A stretch of DNA of 64,000 nt, from positions 21,886,001 through 21,950,000 of the forward strand of contig JBHGNT010000010.1 of NCBI GenBank assembly GCA_043228905.1. The letters are read 5' to 3'. Shown piece by piece: positions 50,374 through 59,900 of the stretch; the first letter of the stretch is position 1; every line of letters starts with the position of its first letter. Source of the DNA: Azolla caroliniana. Lineage: Eukaryota > Plantae > Polypodiophyta. The position numbers and the translations under genes are program-made. A model generated the notes under the pieces. The model saw nothing but the letters and a program-made list of their open reading frames with translations. It was not told the origin of the DNA and ran no database searches.

Positions 50374-52422
50374 TGTATGCACTAGCTCCAGTGGTGCATT
50401 CCATCTCATCGGTGGTCTCGACCAGAAGGAGGTTCGGTTTTACTTGCCGGCCAAGCAATCGGTGCACTTCTTTCACCTTCGGAATGAGGTTGTCTTCGAC
50501 AAGTCTTCTCATCCCCTTTTGGCTCATATGACACAACCTCTTGTGCCACAGCTCACGGGCAATGTCAGATGCTACGTTCACTTCTTCCCGGCATATCCGG
50601 GCTTGCATCAGGTACAATGTGTGGATCTTCCGGGCTCGAGCCATAATTAGGCTTCCTTTGCTGAATTTCATGATTCTGTTCCGGATGCTACCCATGTAGC
50701 CTTCATCATCTAGCCGACCGACTGATATCAAGTTCAGTTGAACCTCTGGAACGTGTCGAACATCCTTCAACAACAACTTACATCCGGTTGATGTCGTCAA
50801 TAACACATCTCCTATGCTGACAATTCAGCATGTACCTTCATTCCCCATTCAGACACAACCGTGATCTCAGTTGTGTAGGATGAGAAGCACCTCCGGTCCG
50901 GTGTTAGGTGGAATGACACTCCGGAATCGACAACCCATGTTGTCTCGTTGTTGACAAGGTTTGACTCATTCTCCTCAGTGATGAGCCTAAGTTCTTCTTC
51001 ACTTGTCGTGATTGCCGACCTTCCTTTCCGATCCGGGCCTCTCCGGTTCGAACCGTTTCGGTCCGAACTCTTCTTCGAATCGGTAGTGCCGGTTTCTTTC
51101 TCTTTCTGGAAATGCCGACAGTTCTTTTGGATGTGCTCCAGCTTCCCACATCAAAAGTAAGTAGGCCTCCTCCTTGACTTCAACCTTGTCCCCGATTTGT
51201 CCTAGTTTTGGGGACTCCGATACTGGCCTCTTCCCCGGTTTTGTCATCTTCCGTGACCAAGGCCTTCGGATCGGTTCCGGACTCCCGGTCCTTTCGGCAA
51301 GCTTCTTCATCTATCAAGATTGATTTTACCCTTGCTAGGGACAACTACCTTCCTTCCGGCCCAACATTGCCTAATGTGACAACTAACGTCTCCCAGCTAT
51401 CCGGGAGGGAACCGAGCAGGAGTAATGCAAGTACCTCATCCACGAGAGGTACTTCCAACGAGGTTGCTTGATGTATTAGCCTCTGGAAGGCATTGATGTG
51501 GTCTGCCATACTGGAGGCGTCCTGGTACTGGAGCCTCACTAGCTTTCGGAATACCGAAACCCGATTAACAACATTCTTGTTCTGGAACATGATGCCAATC
51601 TTCTCCTAGAGTTCATGAGCCTTGCTCTCTTCATTGAAGTTGTTGTACAGGCTCATGTCGATGAAGCACCGGATGTATGCCATCATCTTGTCCCCGAACT
51701 GAACGAATTGAACCGGCAACTACAGATCTTTAACCACCAACATATCCCTCATCTTCGACTTCCACACTGAGTAGTTGGAGCCAGTGAGGTTGAACATGCT
51801 GCCGAACAATTCTTCCATTTCCTGTGTTGTTTGCTTTGATACCACATTGTGAAGAATAGCGCGGAATACTGCTCGGCCACAACCGAGTCTTTAGATAAGT
51901 TTGTTTAAGGATCAAACACAGAAATGGGAATAGAGATGAATACTCATACACCAAAAAGAAAGTACACAAGATGTTTACATGGAAAACCCTAATAGGGAAA
52001 AACCACGGGAGCCCACAGACTCCAAACTATCCCTATATGAGAAAGGTACAATCAGAGACTCGGAGTCAATGACCTCGAGCTCTGTTTCTTCGCCAAGCGG
52101 CGGTTACAACAGATTATATTGCTCTGTATCTCCTCTCTCTGTCTGTTTCTCTCTTTTCTCTCTATACAACAATTATACACATACAACAACACTATCACGA
52201 CACACTTTGAGTGATTGCCCTAAGTCATATTTATACTGATATGAACTTACGACTATTTACAAATATAGCCTCAATAGGCTTACTCAAAACACATTTACAA
52301 ATATGTCTTCTCTTCCGGTTCTCACCGGGTCCATCCGATCCGGTTTCCAGATCTCTTCTAGTTCTCACCAGGTCCTCTTCATTCATAACCGGATCCCATC
52401 CGAAGGGAACGATTTCCCAACA

Positions 52423-53220
52423 CCATTTGCATTCTAGTGTGGCATCATGTTGTATCTTTGTCATTTGTAACATATCCTTAACCATCTTAGAATACATGGG
52501 CGCTCACTTAAGGTTCATGCTTAAGTGTGGTTGTTTATTATCTTCCATAGCCTTTTCACAATCAAACCTATGCATACATTTGAGATCCAAGTGAGGTTGT
52601 TTATTAAGGCCTATGATAGGATTCCGGTGTCCATTCACCAAGTCAGAATTTATGTATACGATCTAAAATACCTTCGGAAAGTAGCACATAGTCAATCACA
52701 CTATTTCCATTGTGTTTTCTACATGTAAAACCATTAGTGTTGGGCCATAAGGAAATACCATTTGCAATAAGCAATCCGGTACTGTTGCACATTTGTAAGA
52801 GTAACTTCCCAAATTGGTGCGAATCTTTTTCACCGTTAGAAGGGCGGCTATGCATTTGCATATCCTCTTGCATCCTTGAGATATGTGGAATGAAAGATTC
52901 TTGTGAATCAAGTTGGAAACTTCTTGTACGAGCATTCATGTCACCAAAGACAATAACTTCCCCTTTGGATTTGAAATAAGCAATATCATCTTCTAGATTG
53001 GCAAAAGGTTGATCTTTATCCAAACAAGCATAAAAGTTAGAATCTTGATGAGGAATGTAACATCCAACTACAAAAGTGGGCAAATAATTAGGTGTTTCTA
53101 TTTTGAGCCATATGTAGCATTTATGTTCATCATTTTTTATGATTGACACATATTTCTCTATTTCCTTAATCAAATATGCCACCCCTCCTTTACGAGTGTT
53201 TGCCATTGTAGGGACAAACC
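52423..53220 (-). mobile_element. RTE-like LINE fragment: AP-endonuclease domain
   Basis: ORF 52643-53206 contains GGVAYLIK, YIWLK, GCYIP, FGDMNART, GKLLLQMC..LLIANG and FTC...GNSVIDY. Confidence 0.85.
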
Positions 53221-53444
53221 CTATGGGAAGAGAGAGACAGAGAGGGAGGGAGAGAGAATGTACCTTTCACACGATTTAGGGCTTCAAAATCTACCTTGTG
53301 TTTGAGGAATCATGGGGCAAAGATGGCTGCGGATGAAAATGCTCATAACTTCTCGCCACAGTAACGGAATCTAGTAAATGAACATTCTTTAGAAAGCTCT
53401 TTCAAAGAGCTTTCCCAGAGCTATAGAATGTAGAAAACGATGGC

Positions 53445-53525
<81 letters not shown>

Positions 53526-53530
<5 letters not shown>

Positions 53531-54049
53531 ATTATCGTCTTTTGAGGTCAAATATGACCTATGAGACCAAAAAATATTACATTTCATGTGATACGTGTGA
53601 AAGTGAGTAGTGACTCTCGATGTTCAAGAACTTTACCAATGAATGTTGCAATCAAGAGTGCACATTGTGGTTGTGAGAGGAATTCATGCAAAGATTGGGC
53701 TCGATCGAAGAGATGTGGAAAGCATTGTCGAATATGATCAAAGGCAGAGCATTGTATCAAAGTGTGATACCCCAACGCGCTATTTCACATTGAAATGCAT
53801 GTGAGCTAAGTCGCATGGAAGCAATGGTTCGAATGGCAGATAACGGTATGGGCTCTAACATGTATTGATGTGTACGATTTCCCCGTTCCGTAAAGAATAT
53901 GGTTTTGTAGTTAGGTGCAACATGTGTAGTATAATGTGTGAAGCTTGATCCTCCACATTTGTCCCACGTCATGATACATTAGCGTTGCAAGAAGGCCTCA
54001 TTTATAGAGGAATCTAATGATGCATCATGAAGCAAGTGTCTCGCATCCC

Positions 54050-54050
<1 letters not shown>
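53526..54050 (-). mobile_element. LINE 3' fragment (C-terminal Cys/His region plus 3' UTR), second family, ending in a (TC)n tract
   Basis: Contains IASMRLSSHAFQCEIARWG and HTLIQCSAFDHIR. A 3' hairpin lies at 53537-53567, next to (GA)n at 53447-53526. Confidence 0.75.
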
Positions 54051-54095
<45 letters not shown>

Positions 54096-54322
54096 GTGGC
54101 AATTGACAGTGCTAGAGAAGTCACAAAATCTCAACCAAGAAGAGAGAGAACTCTGCAAGGTCACATATCATCATATTCGCCATTTGAATTGGTGTGTAGG
54201 GTGGCATTGAGTTTGGTGTTATAGTTTTCTTTAGATCCCTAGATAGAAGGGGTTCTATAGTTTGTTGTAAGTTAGTCATGGTGGTGTTTTTTCTTTCGTA
54301 ATGAAAGCCATTATTTACGAAA

Positions 54323-54373
<51 letters not shown>

Positions 54374-54375
<2 letters not shown>

Positions 54376-56434
54376 GTTTTACAACAAAATTGGTATTTAT
54401 CCAATCATTAGAACTAAAATAAAATAAAGTAAAAATAGGACTTAAACTTAAAGAGTTCTAGTAGTGTACAAAACGTGGTATACTCGATAAAAGGAAGTGA
54501 CTTTGTGCTAAGCCTAATTTCATTTCCACCCAAGCCTCTCAAAAAGAAGTTGGAGGTCAAAGGGTTTTGGTGTGGGTGTGACCCATGGTCTCAGTGTATA
54601 GAGTGCGCCAGCCATGGCTTGTAGGCGGTGTAGCTCACGTTCCCTTATCTTCTTTATTGTTTCTACACCACGTCGAGTTGGTTTGAAACTTGGCATCCGA
54701 GGGCGTTTGGTTCTTCTTTGGTTTTCTGCTTCATCAAGGAAAAGGCCGAGTGGTGCAGGTGTGTCGACATTCGTTGTCTCCCTCTGTTCCTGGAAAACTT
54801 CATTTCTTACATGTTGGTGAGCATTAGCAACATTATTGTCAACATTTTGTAACTTATTCTCTTTGTGTTGTTTTAGCTCTAGGATGTATTTGCCTAATTT
54901 CTTTATATCTAGAGTATCTAATAGTTTGGGAAGAGTAGGGGAGGAACCAAGTATGTCTTGGTATTTTTCCCTTATCTTGGCGTAGGTGGGACACTTGCAT
55001 GCAAAGTGGTACTCATCCTCTATCTCTATGTGGCATAACCTACATATCCTTTCCTCCCTAGGGACTCCATTAGTATGACCATTCTCAATCTCAAGTTGGT
55101 GAGATGATATTCTATGTTGTCCAATGGCAACCCTTAGTGCATGTGGTAAGAATACATTTAGATATTTTGGCCACGTAATAAAACCTAACTTAGAGAAGTG
55201 CATGAAGTGTTCTTTATAGTACAACATTTTAGATGGGAGTGGCTCTAGTGGGGTGATCCATTTATATTGAGTGTAAATTTGCCATATTTCTTGGTGTATT
55301 ACTTTATTGAGGTCCTCATGAGATATTAAAGTGTTATCAATCGCGTGGTTGTACCTAAGGGGAGGGAGGTTATTAATGTCTAGACCGTTCGCAAGAAGCC
55401 AACTCACCATCATGCCATACCATGAACTAGTATAGCCGGACTCATAACAGTGATCGAGAGGCCTTAAAGGCTTGATGGGATATTCTATCATGTAGTTGGT
55501 TATGTATCTTGTGGATAAAGACTACAAGTTGAAAAAGTACCTCTACTAACATCTGGGGTAAAATGAACTCAACCCTAATAATGTCATGTGGCCTGTCGAT
55601 TTGCTTCGGAGTTGGCGTGATAACATTATCACCAATGGTTTCTCTAATTGTGTCCAGATGAAAGATGGTAGTCTTGGAGCCCAAACCACTGATGCATACA
55701 TGAGGGAGGGAGTCACGAATGAGTCAAAGAGCCACCCTTTAGTCTGTGGCTCTTGAAAGTATGCTTGATGGCATTATCTCTCGAGGAGTGAGAGGGATGC
55801 ATGTCCTCTCGTAAGTCTATCCTTCGCTGCTTGTGTCATCCAAAATTTACTTGAGCAGGCATTGAAAGTGACTCCGAGATAAACATATGATCCAACCACC
55901 TCAACTGGGCTATGGGAGATAGTTAGGTGACACTTAGCTCTAACTTGGGCCGATGTGTGGAATATAAGGACTTTAGTTTTCCCTAGATTCACTGCCAATC
56001 CTCGTTGTGCGCAAAAGTCATGTAAGACATTAAGGTGCCTTTGTAGGCCGTGTTTGGATTCAAAGAGCAAAACTATGTCGTCTACATAGAGCAAGATACG
56101 AACCTGCATATCCCCAAGGACTACTCCATTGCCTCCATTAAAAGCAATAAAATAAGTTATCTCATCAATGTAGATCCCAAAAAGAGTCGGAGATAGGGAG
56201 CAACCTTGTTTTACACCAATAGTACTAATGAAACAATTGGATACGCCACCTGGGAATCAAACACACCCGAACACTTGTTCATATAGTGCATAGATGGCCC
56301 AAACCATGTCATCTGGTATCCTCAAGCTTTTAAGCCTATCAAACAACCGCTCTCTAGGGACTATGTCAAAGGCTTTGCAAAAGTTCACAAAACAACAATA
56401 TAATTTCTTCTTGCGAGCCTTAGTCTGGTCAATT
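54374..56434 (-). mobile_element. 5'-truncated RTE-like LINE: RT domain, C-terminal CCHC and 3' UTR
   Basis: RT motifs CFVNFCKAFDIVPR, GVKQGCSLSPTLFGIYID, LLYVDDIVL, LAVNLGKTK and YVYLG. The C-terminus has RISSHQLEIENG...ICRLC..EDEYHFACKC. The frame carries stops and frameshifts. (GA)n at 54323-54373 marks the 3' side. Confidence 0.88.
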
Positions 56435-56951
56435 AAGAGAGAGAGAGAGAGAGAGAGAGAAAGAAAGAAAGAAAGAAATATTAACGTCTTCTAAGGCCAA
56501 ATTTGGCCCATGAGACAATTGGGTTACAACAAAAATGAGTGTTTATCCAATCATCAAAACTAAAATAAAAGAAAATAGCTTAAGCTAAGAAAGTTCTAGT
56601 AGTGTACAAAACTTTGCACTAAGCCTAATCTCATTTCCACCCAAGTCTCTCAAAAAGAAGTGGGAGGTCAAAAGTTTTTGGTGTGGATGTGACCCATGGT
56701 CCCGATGCATAGAGTGCCCTAGCCATGGCTTCTAGGCGGTGTAGTTCACGTTCCCTTATTTTCTTTATTGCTTCTACATCTCGTCGAGTTGCTTTGAAAT
56801 CCGGCATCCAAGGGCATTTGGTTCTTCTTTGATTTTCTGCTTCATCAAGGAAAAGCCCGAGTGGTGTAGGTGTGTCGACATTCATTGTCTCCCCCTGTTC
56901 CTGAAAAACTTCATTTGTTACATGTTGGTAAACATTAGCAACATTATTATC

Positions 56952-59900
56952 TGTTGAAATTCCGTGCTCGGCCACAACCGAGGAACAGGATCGATTCGCA
57001 GAAAACGGGAAATACAAGAATGCACGAAGAACAACAGAGAGAAGAGCACACAGGATGTTTACGTGGAAAACCCTAAATGGGAAAAAACCACGGGAGTCCT
57101 CTAACTCCAACTATCACTATACACAGAGATGTACAATGGTGAGGCTACAAGGCAACAACCTTGAGCTCGCTGTCCTCGCCACAGGCGGCGGTATTACACA
57201 GAGGCGTCGACCTCTTCCTTCCTCTTTCTCTCTCTCACTCTCGCTCGGCTGCTCTCACTTCGCTCCCTCTTAGTGGACAACAGAAAAATGAGCAACAACG
57301 AAAACTGTTTGCCCTAAGTCATATTTATACATATATGACTTTCGGGCTATTTACAAGTATAGCCTCAAGGGCCCTTGGCAAACATATTCACAAATATGTC
57401 TCCGCATCCGGATCTCTCTCCGGGTACATACGTCATCCGGCTCCGTAACCGGGGTCTTCAGCATCCGGCTCCGTAACCGGGGTCTTCAGCATCCGGCTCC
57501 GTAACCGGGGTCTTCAGCGTCCGGATCCGCAGCCGGGTACTCTTCATCCGGCTTCATGCCGGGTACTCTTCATCATATGGTTCCGTAGCAGCCTCCGGGC
57601 TTGCCGTCATTCATCTCCGGACATCCCATCCGGAGGGACCGAAATCCCAACAAACTCCCCCTTCACTTCGGCATGGGATGTCTCTCCAACCCGATCCTCT
57701 TCCGGCATGCTTCCAGCTTGTCGGGTGTGAGCACCTTGGTCAGCATATCCGACCCGTTCTCGTTCGTGTGGATCTTCGTCAGCACGAACTCCTTGTCTTC
57801 TATCCTTTCCCGGATCCAGTGGTATCTACGCTGGATGTGTTTCGTCCGGGAATGGTAGGCCGCGTTCTTTGCAAGGTGGATGGCACTCTGACTATCGCAG
57901 TAGAGTCGGTACTCCTCCTGCCGGATCCCGAGCTCTCTAATGAAGTCCTTCATCCATATTATTTCCTTGCCGGCTTCAACAGCTGCCATGTACTCCGCCT
58001 CCGTGGTTGACAACGCAACCGTCTTCTGCAGCCTCGACTGCCACGAAACGGCTCCCCCAGCATAGGTCATCACATACCCTGATGTGGACCGGCTGGTATC
58101 TGCATCAGCCGACATATCCGAATCGGTGAAGCCGTCGAGTTCGGGCTTACCGAAGCCGAATCGGACACACACATTTGCCGTGCCCTTCAGGTATCGGAGT
58201 ATCCACTTGACCGCGTTCCAATGCTCTTTGCCGGGATTGCTCATGTACCGGCTCACCACTCCGACTGCGTATCCAATGTCTGGTCTTGTACACACCATTG
58301 CGTACATCAAGCTTCCGACAGCAGAGGCATATGGTACTTTCATCATGTCCTCTTTCTCAGCCTTTGTCCTGGGGCTTTGCTTGCTGGACAGCTTGCAGTT
58401 TGCCGGGAGGGTTGATCCGACCGGTCTTGCTTCCGACATGTTGAACCGTTGAAGCACCTTTGTCACGTACTTCTCCTGTGACAGCCACAACTGCTTCTTG
58501 CTCCGGTCCCGGATGATGTGCATCCCTAGTACTTGTCTCGCCGGACCCAAGTCCTTCATTGAGAAGGTTCGGTGAAGAGCCTTCTTCAGCATCCGTATCT
58601 TGACCTGGTCCCGTCCGACGATCAACATGTCGTCCACGTACAGGAGGAGTATTAGAAAGTCTCCTCCTTCGAATTTCTTCACAAACACGCAGTGGTCAGA
58701 CTGCGTTTTGAGGTACCCTTCGTCGGTCATGAAGGAGTCGAACTTCCGGTACCATTGCCGGGGAGCCTGCTTCAGTCCGTAAAGGCTCTTCTTCAACCGG
58801 CATACCAGGTGCTCCTTCCCTTTCTTCTCGAATCCTTCCGGTTGCTGCATGTAGATCTCTTCTTCGAGGTCACCGTGAAGGAATGCCGTCTTCACGTCCA
58901 TCTGTTCTACCTCGAGGTCCATGCTTGCCGCTATGCTCAGCACCGTCCGGATGGAGGTCATCTTCACTACCGGGGCAAATATCTCGTCGAAGTCGACGCC
59001 CTTCTTCTGCTGAAACCCCTTCACCACGATCCTGGCTTTGTATCTCGGGGGGTTTCCGGCATCTCCCGGTTTCAGCTTGAACACCCACTTGTTTCGAAGT
59101 GCCCGCTTTCCTTTCGGCAACTCCATAAGTTCATATGTGTGGTTCTCATGCAGGGAATCCATCTCGTCCTGCATGGCACTCAACCACCTGCGGCTCTGGG
59201 TGTCGTGCTTTGCTTCTTCAAAGCTCTCCGGCTCCCCCTCGTCGGTTAGCAGCACGTGCTCTGGTTCCGGAAATCTCCGGGGGGCCCTTCTCTCTCTTAG
59301 AGGATATCTCCGTTCCGGAGCTTCGGTAACCGGTTCTTCCGATTCTTCTTCTTCCGAATCTATTTCGGGATCGGGGCCGGTTCCGGTATCGTTTTCATCT
59401 TCTTCGGCCGGTTCTGTTTCTTCACCGTCTTCGGCCGGATCCTCGAGTGCTAACCGGTCCCTTGCCGGTCGGGACTGCTCCACGTAGAGTTTATCCTCAC
59501 CGGTCGACTTTGAGCTCTTCATCTTCTTCTCCGACTCCCAGTCGGCGAGTGTCTTGTCCTCCATGAAGATGATGTCTCGACTCCTGAATATCTTCTTGTC
59601 CACCGGGTCCCATACTCGGTAGCCGAACTCGTCGTCGCCGTAACCGAGGAATATGCATGGCCGGGTCTTTGGATCTAGCTTTCCTCTCCGGTCCTTTGCC
59701 ACATGCACGTATGCGAGACACCCGAACACCTTCAGATGCCGGTAGGACACTTCCTTACCGGTCCACACTTTCTGCGGCGTGTCTCCGTCCAAAGGTACTG
59801 AGGGTGATCTGTTTATCACGTATGTCGCCGTCGACATTGCCTCAGCCCAAAACCCCTTGGGTAATTTCGCATGCGCCAGCATACTCCGGACCCTCTCCAT

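Larger units (their letters stand above)
44163..52422 (-). mobile_element. Truncated, decayed Ty1/copia element hosting two nested insertions; RT/RH and 3' LTR missing
   Basis: 5' LTR 51848-52422 (TG...CA). PBS-Met TGGTATCAAAGC at 51844-51833. gag ATG at 51818. Protease and integrase pieces at 50374-51000, 49571-49659 and 44163-45108 are colinear with the intact element at ~59205-61000. There are stops, frameshifts and deletions. Confidence 0.9.

Noticed and set aside
56631-57110. 159-aa ORF
   Set aside because: It is a chance read-through from the copia LTR into the interrupted LINE C-terminus.
57434-57520. 28-bp direct repeats that might suggest a CRISPR array
   Set aside because: The units are contiguous with no unique spacers, lie inside both LTRs of a copia, and the context is eukaryotic.
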